Below are positions 31,003 through 40,987 of a stretch of DNA of 64,000 nucleotides, piece by piece. Origin of the DNA: Spirochaetia bacterium (GTDB lineage: Bacteria > Spirochaetota > Spirochaetia > WTKD01 > G963693115); NCBI GenBank assembly GCA_965226055.1, contig CBDDCA010000002.1, positions 32,001 to 96,000 on the forward strand, read 5' to 3'. The notes under the pieces were generated by a model. It was not told where the DNA came from. It ran no database searches and saw only the letters and a program-made list of their open reading frames with translations. A program made the translations under genes and the position numbers. Positions within the stretch are counted from its first letter, which is position 1, and each line of letters begins with the position of its first letter.

Positions 31003-32072
31003 TGGGAAAGTGGAAATCATTATTCCTTCCAATATTTTTATCGTCTCGTTCGCTTGAGTGTCTTATACAAGATGCTCATACATTTGTGAATCGTTGGAGT
31101 ACACAGTGTTCTCAAGTACAAAACATATATGTTCTTATATACATACAAGAAAATATAGAGCATAGTATATATACACATGATATACAAGAAGCTATGAAAA
31201 GTATATTACAATCTCTATGTAATAGTTGTCCCTTATTAGAAGAATGTAGTGTTGAAATCAAATTTACTTCTCATGCTGTAAAACATATGTCTTCTTTTGC
31301 ACAAGCAAAGTGTGCATATCATATTATTGAGCTTTGTTCATACCTATTGTTAAACCATACACATATCTTTTTTCGTTTTATTTTGTATGACATGTTGTTT
31401 CGATGGCTGTATCAGCATAATTACTTGAGTGCAATACATAATACTTTTACATTGTGTTCTGTACATACATACAGTTACGCTTTGGAGCTAACAGCAAACA
31501 ATGTTAGCCCTGCTCTTTCAACATTGGTATCGTATGATATATATACGAAAATAAAGCATATTTCTATTGATTGGGGATCTATATCGTATGATGTCGGTAA
31601 TACAAAAGAAGGAGTATCTATTGTACAGAAAGCACAAGAGTTTGGGTTCATATCGTATCAATATTGGCATTTTTATAGAGAAGAGAAAAAATATAGTTCG
31701 GGATATCTTGATAGTTGTTACTATATGCTTCCCTATTTAGGTATAAAATATAATAAAGGAAGAAAAAAGACAGTATCATGGATGCAGGGGCAAAAAGAGA
31801 GTGATCATTCTTTTCTTTCATCAGCAATAGGCACATATACAGATTGTTTGAAGTGGAGAAAGATAAGTGCATGGGAAGAATTATCCCTTCGTTGTATAAA
31901 TAGTAGTTATGGCATTGTATATATACCTTATTATCTGTACCGTGTACTAGGAAACAGGGAATTGCAATTATTTAAGAACAAGGAAGGATTTCGAGTAATT
32001 GTAGATGAAGATAGTATGCCATATCATGGGAGAAGTGATTATATACATAACGGAGAATTTTGGAGTCGTTAG
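31002..32072 (+). CDS. Hypothetical protein, possibly a highly diverged HemW/HemN-like protein
   Basis: TGATG coupling to upstream gene; GF..YQ..HF....PYLGI resembles HemN GYxxYExSNF...YLGxG; no CxxxCxxC. Confidence 0.4.
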   Translation: MGKWKSLFLPIFLSSRSLECLIQDAHTFVNRWSTQCSQVQNIYVLIYIQENIEHSIYTHDIQEAMKSILQSLCNSCPLLEECSVEIKFTSHAVKHMSSFAQAKCAYHIIELCSYLLLNHTHIFFRFILYDMLFRWLYQHNYLSAIHNTFTLCSVHTYSYALELTANNVSPALSTLVSYDIYTKIKHISIDWGSISYDVGNTKEGVSIVQKAQEFGFISYQYWHFYREEKKYSSGYLDSCYYMLPYLGIKYNKGRKKTVSWMQGQKESDHSFLSSAIGTYTDCLKWRKISAWEELSLRCINSSYGIVYIPYYLYRVLGNRELQLFKNKEGFRVIVDEDSMPYHGRSDYIHNGEFWSR

Positions 32073-32081
32073 ATGATATTA

Positions 32082-33163
32082 CTGCGGATTCAAGGACTAA
32101 ATGCGACAGAAAAGGCTTCAGCAGGGGTCAAAAAATGAAGACATTTTCGTGGTCTATGATTGATAAGCGTTTGTACTTGTAGTATATCACTTTGCTTGAC
32201 TCTATGAAACAAAGTCTTCTTAGGAAAGTACTGACGTAATAATCCAATAGAATGTTCGACTAATCCTTTTTCCCAAGCACAGTAAGGAGTACAAAAATAA
32301 GAACGAGCATTCAGGCGTGTATTTATTTCAGTATGGAGCATAAATTCACTCCCATTATCATAAGTGAAACTGTTACATAAATGGCGTGGTATGTTCCTTA
32401 GAGCAAAGAGCATGCCATACTGTACGGTATGAGCAGTTTTGTCAGGTATCTTATGAAAAAGAACATAACGGGTATGTTTTTCCACTAAAGCAAGCACAGT
32501 AGCTTTTGAAGAAGAGCCAACAAGATCTACTTCCCAGTGGCCATATTCATTAGAAACATCGCCTCGTTCGTGTACTGAGACACGATGAGGGATACGAGAA
32601 ACAGAAAAAGAACGAGATACTCTTCTTTTTTTGCGTGTTTGGTGCTGTTTTCGCAGATACTGTGTCAAATGAGGAGCAAAACGATAAATAAAGTGATATA
32701 TTGTCTCATGACTGATAGTATACTGAGGCATATCAATACTGAGCCTTCCTGCTATTTGTTCAGGCGACCAGCCATCGAATATAAGGTGAAAAACGATATA
32801 GGTACGAATAGTATGAGAAGGAATAGAGAGTTTTTTATGGCTCTTATCCCATCGTTTTCTTGCCTGTCTGTGAGCAATGACTTCATTATAGACATGTTTG
32901 CCTCCATTGCGTTGTATTTCACGATAGACAGTGCTGCGATGGACACTGAGGCGTTTGGCTATAGCATTGATACTGTACTTTGCATGACGGAGCGTAGCGA
33001 TAATAGTACGATCTTTGTCTGTCAGATGACGAAATGAGTTTTTTGGTATACTCATAAAGGAGACCTCCTAATTTGTTTCGTTTATACAATTATAGAGTGT
33101 CTCCTTTTTTTATTTTTTCTTACTTTTTTTGCTCCTTTGTCGCATTTAATCCTTGAACTCGTG
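32082..33163 (-). mobile_element. IS30-family insertion sequence, copy 1 (1082 bp, flanked by TA direct repeat)
   Basis: Imperfect terminal IRs (cacgagttcaaggattaaatgcgaca / ctgcggattcaaggactaaatgcgaca); near-identical to 39702-40783. Confidence 0.95.
32090..33055 (-). CDS. IS30-family DDE transposase
   Basis: HTH (IAKRL..HRSTVYREI.RN), WSPEQI, SHETIY, GHWEVD, T.DNGSEF, PY..WEKG..E, N.RPRKCL..TP. Confidence 0.97.
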   Translation of the reverse strand: MSIPKNSFRHLTDKDRTIIATLRHAKYSINAIAKRLSVHRSTVYREIQRNGGKHVYNEVIAHRQARKRWDKSHKKLSIPSHTIRTYIVFHLIFDGWSPEQIAGRLSIDMPQYTISHETIYHFIYRFAPHLTQYLRKQHQTRKKRRVSRSFSVSRIPHRVSVHERGDVSNEYGHWEVDLVGSSSKATVLALVEKHTRYVLFHKIPDKTAHTVQYGMLFALRNIPRHLCNSFTYDNGSEFMLHTEINTRLNARSYFCTPYCAWEKGLVEHSIGLLRQYFPKKTLFHRVKQSDILQVQTLINHRPRKCLHFLTPAEAFSVAFSP

Positions 33164-33201
33164 TACATATAAAGAAATAAAAACACAATAATAGTATATT
33201 A

Positions 33202-33210
33202 TGTTATAAT
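33202..33210 (+). promoter_or_regulatory. Extended -10 promoter of giant lipoprotein A
   Basis: TGtTATAAT, with upstream acacaa..aatagtat shared with the lipoprotein B promoter. Confidence 0.6.
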
Positions 33211-33248
33211 AAATGTGATACAATACATAATAATAAAAGGAGATGTAT

Positions 33249-36200
33249 ATGGATGAAAGAATAAGTAGCTTGAAAATCGGGGGGGGGGGGGGTACACTCT
33301 CGATATAAGCAAAACCTAACTATACTAGTAGTACTAGCAATAACTACCCTCGTACTCGTAGGATGTTCGGAGGGCAGTAGCAGTTCCTCAGGCGGAGGGG
33401 GAACGCCAGTAACACCGACACTCGCATCAGTGTCCAATGTGCAGATACAAGCAGCAGGCAACGATGGGACACTCTCGTTACGCTGGCAAGCTCCCAGTGA
33501 TGCTACGCATGTAGTTGTAAAAGCTACATCTACTGTACCAGCCCAGTCCATACAGGTGCGTGTTCCTGCAATAGAATATCGTGCATTGTTTCAACAAAAC
33601 AGACCCTACACCCTCAGAGGCTTACATGCTACTACCGATTATACTGTAGAGATAGAAGCCCAAAAATCAGACTCAGGCTCAGACACAGAAGTATCACCAA
33701 AAATAACACGCTCTGTGACAACCCTTAGCGATGAAACTGCACCGCAGGACACCTTTACACAGGTAGCAGTAGAATCAGCAACAAATGGCATAAAGATAAC
33801 ATGGGACAAAGCACTGCTCTCGTTAGGCAAGACAGACATAGCAGAAGCAATAATACAGGTGATAGAAAGCACCACTAATGTAAAAAAAGAAGTAACAGTA
33901 CAAGATGTAACACAAGGAGAAGTAACTATTGCTGTCCCTACTATAGACGGCATAAGCTATGATGTAACAGTAGTATACAGAGATAGCAATGGCAACGAAA
34001 GCACGGCAAAGCAAGCGCTCAGAGGCATAGTGCCATCAGCACTCTCACAAACAGTAACGCCACTTTCTGCATCAGATCTTACAGTAACAGCAAACGATAA
34101 AAGCAATAGCCCAGCCGATGAAAGCCTGCTTATCAAGTGGGATGATAAAGATGACAGCTTTGACTTTTCAAACAAAAGCCTCCAAGTACGCGTTATAGCA
34201 ACCGCAACAAATACAGTAGTAGCAGAGGAGACAATAGACAAAGATACAAGTGCAACAAATGTCAGCGGAGCAAGTGCAGACAACCAAGAGTACGCCACTG
34301 TGTATGTAGCAAAAGATGGCATAGCACTCACAAAACTCTACGGCACGCTTACTTACAAAGTAGAAGTGTATGTCTTTAAAAACGGAAAGTACTCCACTGC
34401 AGTGTCAAAAGAACAAGCAACAACCGACAAAAGCACAGAGCCTGTAAGCAATGTAAGTGCAGTAGGAGGAGCAACAAGCATAGTAGTAGGCTGGCAAGCC
34501 CCCGATGTACGAGACTACGCAGGAGTGAGTATAACAGCAACAGAAAAGGACAGCAGTACCGCGGCAAAGACAGTAACAATAACAGAGAGAACAGTACGCA
34601 ATACACAGATACCAGGCCTCAAAGCAACCACCGAGTATACAGTGGCAGTCGTGTCAATGGACAGTGCAGGCAACAAAGGAACAGAAGCAACAGCCACAGT
34701 AGCCACCGCAGCAGATAGCACCGCCCCCGATGCAGTAACAAGCATACAAGCAAGCTATCCTTTTGTATCAGCAGCAAAGATAGGAACACAGATAACATGG
34801 ACAGCCCCCGATACAACAAAAGCCAATAACAAAGATATAAAAGAGTACAGCGTAAGCATAGCAGAAAAAGGCACAAGCACCACAGTACTGAGCGAGAAGA
34901 AAATACCCTATCCCACAACATCACTCTCTGTCGAAGAACTCACGCAAGGCAAAACATACACCATAACAATACTCACGCTTGATTACTCAGAAAATAAAAG
35001 CACCCAAGCAACAAAAGACATAACCACCCCCAACTCACTCACAGCTCCTTCAGAGGATCTCTTTCAAAACAAGCCTACCCTAGACAAAACAGGAGCAATA
35101 CAAATAAAAGCAACTTTTAAGCAAGCTCCAGGCATAGGGCGATACTACACCCTGCGTATGAAAGATGGAGCAAACTTAATAGCAGAAAAAAGCATAACAA
35201 ACACAGCAACCACCATTAGCTTTGGGATAGCAGATGGCGTAGAAGTACCCAAGAGCCAAGCAAATAAAAAAGACTATCGCTTTGATTTTCTGCAAATAGC
35301 AAATAACAGAGTAAGCCCCGTAACCGCACTGAGTGATGCAGTAGCAGTATACGATAGCACCTCGACAGCACCGCCCGCTCCCAAAGATGCAAAGCTCACC
35401 GTAGAGTCAGTAACACAAACAACTGCAAAAGCAGTCTATACATTTAGTGCAGGAGACATTACTGACACCAACAAAGCTCCCAGTGGAAGCAAACTCACGC
35501 AAGCACAAATACAATACAAAGTATACATAGCAGCAGGAGACCACAGCACAAAGACACTAGACGAAATAAAAGCCCTTGCAGGAGTACAAACAAGAGAGCT
35601 AGCAGGAGATAGCACTCCATTAAAAGCAACATTTATAGGAACAAAAGGAGCAGACTATACCGCAGGAGTAGAAGCGATAAACAGCCTCAATCCCGCCTAT
35701 AGCATAGGAGCATCAGTAACAATAAAGAAAGCAACGCTTACCGCTCCCCCAAGCACACCAAAAGTAACAACCTACACTAACAGTAATGCAGTGGTATTTG
35801 CAGTGCCTACAACAGGAAGCAACAGAGGGAAAAAAGTCATAACAGTACAGCTCAATGCCTCAGCTATAGCAGGAGTGAGCAAAGCAAATGGCAATGCCCT
35901 TGAAGCGACAGATCTTGCCTACTATGTGCTATACCTCAAGAAAGAAGATACCACAGGAAAGCCTGCCAGCGTATCAGCCTTGTGGGCAGTGGAAAAAAGT
36001 AGTGTAAAAGTAGCAAAGTATGTAAAAGCAACAGGAACAACTCAAGACACAATATCCATAGCAATAGTAGACAGCACCAGTGGAAGCAATGCAGGAGCAA
36101 CGCCCATAGAAACAGCAAAAGACTACTACATAGGAGTGAGGATAGTAAACACAACATCCCCTAATTACGATGCAACAAATAGCGACAAGCTCTTTCCTGC

Positions 36201-38001
36201 AGGCTTTTACACCGATGTAACAGAAATAAAGGAAATCTATACTTCCAAAGCAGTAGCACCCAGCCAGTCATTACTCACAGGAAAGCTGGTAGTATCACAG
36301 TCAACAAACACAGCAGGCACAATAAAGCTGGTACTTACCGAGCTAAGCACATTTACAGGAGCAAAAGACTACGATGGCACAAGCATAACAGCAAGCAATC
36401 AGCTAGTATACACAGTATATGGCTTACAGAAAGACACTGACCCTACAGTAGCAGAAGTACTTGCAGGCAGAAAAGTAAACCTAGGCAGTGTAAGTAGCGG
36501 AGTGTACACAGTACCAGCCCTTGCCAGTTTAGGCTTGTCATCAGACACAGCACCAGTAGTAGCAGTAAAAGGAGCGACAAAGTATTACTTTGTGGTAGAA
36601 GTAGCAGTAAAAACAGATACAAGCAAGAAAGTAGCATCCTCAACAGTGGCAAGCGTAACAACCGCATCGCAGGCGACTGCCCCCGCAGAAGTAACAAGCA
36701 TACAAACAAGAGTAGCCCAGACAGGTATGAGAGTATCGTGGACAGCTCCCAGCCTCAGTGCAAGCCACAAAGCAAATACAGGCGATGCCCTAACAGTAGC
36801 ACAAGTATCGTACAAAGTATACAAAGTAGCCAAAAGTGGCAGTGCAAGAAGCGTAACAGCGATAAAAAATGCAGACTCAAGCCCCACAACAGTAGCAGCA
36901 GGAACAACAAACACTACCCTGACAGGATTGACAAATGGAACGACCTACGAAATAGTAGTACAAGCAGTAAACAGCACCGATCCTACAAAAGCATCGACAG
37001 GAGAACGCCACGAGTTTGAAGTAAGTGCAATATCTATAGGAAACATTAGCATAGTATCAGCAGAAGTAGGTACAGCACTAGCATCAAATACTACAAGAGT
37101 ATTAGCAAGCACACCCAGTGGCAATGCCTTTACCTGTGATGCCACCATACTAGAGGCAGATGCAAAGAAAATCAAAAAAGAAACAGGCCTTACAGTATCG
37201 TTTGATCAGAGTAGCAAAACAGTTACCATAACAGGCATAGCAAATAAGTCCAATATACGTGACCCTAATATTACTGAGTATAGCTATGATGTAGCACAGT
37301 GTACAATAACCGCTTCAAAGAAAAAAGTACCAGCCACTATCGTTATACGTACAGATATAAGAACAGCACCATCAGGAAAAGCAGCTACCTATTACAGACC
37401 AACAACAAAATCAGCACTACAAACTATTATCAGTGAAGAAAAAACAAGACAAGGTTCAGGAGGAAACAGTAACCCTAGCCCCAACCTCAACATGATAGAC
37501 ACCAGTGCCATTACTGATATGAATAGTTTATTTAGGGATGATAGTACTTTTAATGGAGATATAACACAGTGGAATACCAGTGATGTAACGGATATGGGGG
37601 CTATGTTTGCTAGTACTAGTGCTTTTAATCAAGATATAGGAGCTTGGGATATAAGCAAGGTTACTAATACGAGTTCAATGTTTGATAATGCTGAAGCTTT
37701 TAATCAAGACATAGGAAACTGGAATGTGAGTAATGTTACGGGTTCAACATTTATGTTTGCTGGTGCTAGTGCTTTTAATCAAGACATAGGAAACTGGAAT
37801 GTGCGGAAGTTTCGTTGGATTGATGCTAATTTTCCATACCTTGCTATATTTAATGGTGCTTCTAAATTTGATCAAGATTTATCATCATGGAAATTGTGTA
37901 GCATATCAAGGATACATCCTAATGATTTCAAAAATTCAGCTATGGAAGGCAAAACAGCACAGTACCCAAAGGTTGCTGGTAGTTCAGCATGTACATCGTA
38001 G
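33249..38001 (+). CDS. Giant surface lipoprotein A (FN3-like stalk plus BspA/DUF285 tip), frameshifted at a poly-G tract
   Basis: SD aggag then ATG 33249; with G14 the frame stops at 33306-33308; with G13 it reads MDERISSLKIGGGGVHSRYKQNLTILVVLAITTLVLVGC (lipobox) into the 33430-38001 ORF, 1583 aa. Confidence 0.88.
33279..33292 (+). repeat. G14 homopolymer (candidate phase-variation tract)
   Basis: aaaatc GGGGGGGGGGGGGG tacac in an AT-rich genome. Confidence 0.92.
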
Positions 38002-38034
38002 CATATATGTAGACAGAGCTATGGCAAGAAGGTA

Positions 38035-38163
38035 GAGAAAAGAGGATGAGTGGAGCATTCTATTGGATGCTCCATCAGTACTTATACTTTCCTAAAAATT
38101 CCTAAAAACTTGTCTTTCTCTGTAAAACAACGTGATATACTACAAATACAAAGCGTATCAATA
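38035..38163 (+). pseudogene. Degenerate internal fragment of the IS30 transposase
   Basis: Translates to EHSIG...VKQRDILQIQ, matching VEHSIGLLRQYFPKK...VKQSDILQVQ of the intact transposase. Confidence 0.8.
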
Positions 38164-38178
38164 GCAGTACTTACTGTT

Positions 38179-39018
38179 TTAGTTAGTACTTGCTTTGGTA
38201 GTACAGCTATTCTTCCATGTAGGTGGTGTATATTTGCTTCCGTTAGTCTTAAAGGCATCTTTACAATACATAACTTTATCTACATTCCATTTAGATAAGT
38301 TTTTATTAAATGGAGTAGTATTTACAAAAGTATCAGTCATGTCAGTTACTTTACTTACATTCCATTTACTAATATCGTCATTAAATTTAGTGGATGCTCC
38401 AAATAAAGATTTCATATTTGTTATATTGCTAGTATCCCAACCTGATATGATTCCATTAAAATTTCCATAAATAGCGTTTTTGTTATCTGATGATAAAACA
38501 TTTTTCAAGGATGTCATTTTACCAATATCAATATGGAGTAAATTAGGAGTATTATTATCAATAGTACCATCATCATTAGTATCCATTATATTCTTTATAT
38601 ACTTATCTAATTCTTCAGGTGTGCTAAAGGATTTTGTATATTTTAATTTCAACTTAAACTGTCCTTTTTGTTCACTGCCTTTTCGTACAAGGTAAATAAC
38701 AAAATCTTTAGTCAAGTCATTAAAATTGCTATCTCTATTGTTATCTGGCGTACCTGATAACTGCACTCCATTATCTACTTTCTTAAGTGAAAGTCCATTA
38801 GGCAAAGGTTTATCTGTAGTATATGTGTCAGATTTATTATATCCATCAAAAGTCATTGTGGATATACTGCTAATAGTCTCATTTATAGAAAGTGTAAATT
38901 CTGGTAATTTTGATAAAACTGACCCTGTGCTTGATGTTGTGTCACTTTCACAACTTGCCAATAAAATACTTGTAATACTAATTACAAGAGTAAAAAATAA
39001 TAATTTTGTTAGTTTCAT
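38179..39018 (-). CDS. Small lipoprotein with Ig-like segment and BspA/DUF285 repeats
   Basis: LASC lipobox; LPNGLSL..LSGTP; PNLLHID, FNG.ISGWDTSNITNM, FNDDISKWNVSKVTDM. Confidence 0.85.
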   Translation of the reverse strand: MKLTKLLFFTLVISITSILLASCESDTTSSTGSVLSKLPEFTLSINETISSISTMTFDGYNKSDTYTTDKPLPNGLSLKKVDNGVQLSGTPDNNRDSNFNDLTKDFVIYLVRKGSEQKGQFKLKLKYTKSFSTPEELDKYIKNIMDTNDDGTIDNNTPNLLHIDIGKMTSLKNVLSSDNKNAIYGNFNGIISGWDTSNITNMKSLFGASTKFNDDISKWNVSKVTDMTDTFVNTTPFNKNLSKWNVDKVMYCKDAFKTNGSKYTPPTWKNSCTTKASTN

Positions 39019-39152
39019 TTTGAAACCTCCTTCTTTAATTTTTAGTTGTATATGCAGTTAAAATATAGAGATTTGCACTAATATTTTTCTGTATCTGTGT
39101 TAATGATAGAAATATTTACTAATGTCTTTAATTTTTGATAAATCAGATTGAT

Positions 39153-39641
39153 TTAGTCTAATTTTGTTACATAGCTTAGCCTCTTAAATGGTATAGTAGT
39201 GTCTTGTGCATACTTTTGTTTCTCATATGCTGTTTTAGGATTTTTATTTCTTACCTTTTTTATCAAATCATCTTTATGATGTTCTATGATTTTATCTGCA
39301 TTAATTTCTTTTGCCACATTATTACCTTTCTCAGACAAGGATATTGGGCTGTTGCTTTGAACAAAAGATGCTACTTTTATTTCTTTTGAACCCAAAATAG
39401 TCCCTATTGCTTCTAGTATTTTCCATGGAATATCTCCCATTTTATTATTGAGAGATTTTATGTCATTATTAAGAGATTTCATATCATTTTTTATTTCAGT
39501 AATATTTTTTTCATTATTAGCTATTTTTTCCTTATATTTCCCAGTCATTATAAAATAAGAAATTACTGGGACCAGTACACCGATGCTACTTATAATAATT
39601 GTTATAATAAATTTTACAGTTTCACTCATAATAAAAAACAA
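39153..39641 (-). CDS. Hypothetical membrane-anchored coiled-coil protein, possibly 3'-truncated
   Basis: N-terminal TM, heptads NDMKSLN/NDIKSLN, SPISLSEKG; TGtTATAAT upstream. Confidence 0.55.
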   Translation of the reverse strand: MFFIMSETVKFIITIIISSIGVLVPVISYFIMTGKYKEKIANNEKNITEIKNDMKSLNNDIKSLNNKMGDIPWKILEAIGTILGSKEIKVASFVQSNSPISLSEKGNNVAKEINADKIIEHHKDDLIKKVRNKNPKTAYEKQKYAQDTTIPFKRLSYVTKLD

Positions 39642-39701
39642 TAACCTTACTTAATTATAACACATGTATTAGAATATATCAACATAACTGGCACTTTCAA
39701 C

Positions 39702-40783
39702 CACGAGTTCAAGGATTAAATGCGACAAAGGAGCAAAAAAAGTAAGAAAAAATAAAAAAAGGAGACACTCTATAATTGTATAAACGAAACAAATTAGGAG
39801 GTCTCCTTTATGAGTATACCAAAAAACTCATTTCGTCATCTGACAGAGAAAGATCGTACTATTATCGCTACGCTCCGTCATGCAAAGTACAGTGTCAATG
39901 CTATAGCCAAACGCCTCAGTGTCCATCGCAGCACTGTCTATCGTGAAATACAACGCAATGGGGGCAAACGTGTCTATAATGAAGTCATTGCTCACAGACG
40001 GGCAAGAAAACGATGGGAACAGAGTCATACAAAACACTCTGTTCTTTCTCATACTATTCGTACCTATATCGTTTTTCACCTTATTTTCGATGGCTGGTCG
40101 CCCGAACAAATAGCAGGAAGGCTCAGTATTGATATGCCTCAGTATGCTATCAGTCATGAGACGATATATCACTTTATTTACCGTTTCGCTCCTCATTTGA
40201 CACAGTATCTGCGAAAACAGCACCAAACACGCAAAAAAAGAACCATATCTCACTCTTTTTCTGTTTCTCGTATCCCTCATCGTGTCTCAGTACACGAACG
40301 AGGCGATGTTTCTAATGAATATGGCCACTGGGAAGTAGATCTTGTTGGCTCTTCTTCAAAAGCTACTGTGCTTGCTTTAGTGGAAAAACATACCCGTTAT
40401 GTTCTTTTTCATAAGATACCTGACAAAACTGCTCATACCGTACAGTATGGCATGCTCTTTGCTCTAAGGAACATACCACGCCATTTATGTAACAGTTTCA
40501 CTTATGATAATGGGAGTGAATTTATGCTCCATACTGAAATAAATACACGCTTGAATGCTCGTTCTTATTTTTGTACTCCTTACTGTGCTTGGGAAAAAGG
40601 ATTAGTCGAACATTCTATTGGATTATTACGTCAGTACTTTCCTAAGAAGACTTTGTTTCATAGAGTCAAGCAAAGTGATATACTACAAGTACAAACGCTT
40701 ATCAATCATAGACCACGAAAATGTCTTCATTTTTTGACCCCTGCTGAAGCCTTTTCTGTCGCATTTAGTCCTTGAATCCGCAG
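39702..40783 (+). mobile_element. IS30-family insertion sequence, copy 2 (1082 bp, no flanking duplication)
   Basis: Same IRs and length as copy 1, opposite orientation. Confidence 0.95.
39810..40775 (+). CDS. IS30-family DDE transposase
   Basis: Same motifs as copy 1; stop codon inside IRR. Confidence 0.97.
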   Translation: MSIPKNSFRHLTEKDRTIIATLRHAKYSVNAIAKRLSVHRSTVYREIQRNGGKRVYNEVIAHRRARKRWEQSHTKHSVLSHTIRTYIVFHLIFDGWSPEQIAGRLSIDMPQYAISHETIYHFIYRFAPHLTQYLRKQHQTRKKRTISHSFSVSRIPHRVSVHERGDVSNEYGHWEVDLVGSSSKATVLALVEKHTRYVLFHKIPDKTAHTVQYGMLFALRNIPRHLCNSFTYDNGSEFMLHTEINTRLNARSYFCTPYCAWEKGLVEHSIGLLRQYFPKKTLFHRVKQSDILQVQTLINHRPRKCLHFLTPAEAFSVAFSP

Positions 40784-40868
40784 CCTCGTGTGATTCTTCT
40801 TTTTCATAGCATCTCTATTGTAGCATTATTATCACTTTTTGCTATGCATTTTTGTGTAATCCAGTGTA

Positions 40869-40882
40869 TTTTTTTTTTTTTT
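40869..40882 (+). repeat. T14 homopolymer upstream of the lipoprotein B promoter
   Basis: ccagtgta TTTTTTTTTTTTTT aattttc. Confidence 0.85.
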
Positions 40883-40915
40883 AATTTTCAGGCATAACAC
40901 AAAAAATAGTATTTT

Positions 40916-40924
40916 TGCTATAAT
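40916..40924 (+). promoter_or_regulatory. Extended -10 promoter of giant lipoprotein B
   Basis: TGcTATAAT, same spacing from acacaa as in the A promoter. Confidence 0.6.
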
Positions 40925-40987
40925 GATACTTGTGTACTGTGTATAATGGCAATTATACAATAAATAGATAATTATAAGGAGAACATT

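Noticed and set aside
32585-33037. 150-aa ORF antisense to the transposase (also 39828-40280)
   Set aside because: Shared only because the IS is duplicated; no independent evidence of coding
33430-33432. GTG at 33430 as the true start of lipoprotein A
   Set aside because: It lies downstream of the lipobox, has no SD, and corresponds to an internal Val in paralog B
38050-38298. 82-aa ORF as a real gene
   Set aside because: Its N-terminal part is frameshifted IS30 transposase debris and the rest overlaps the opposite-strand lipoprotein
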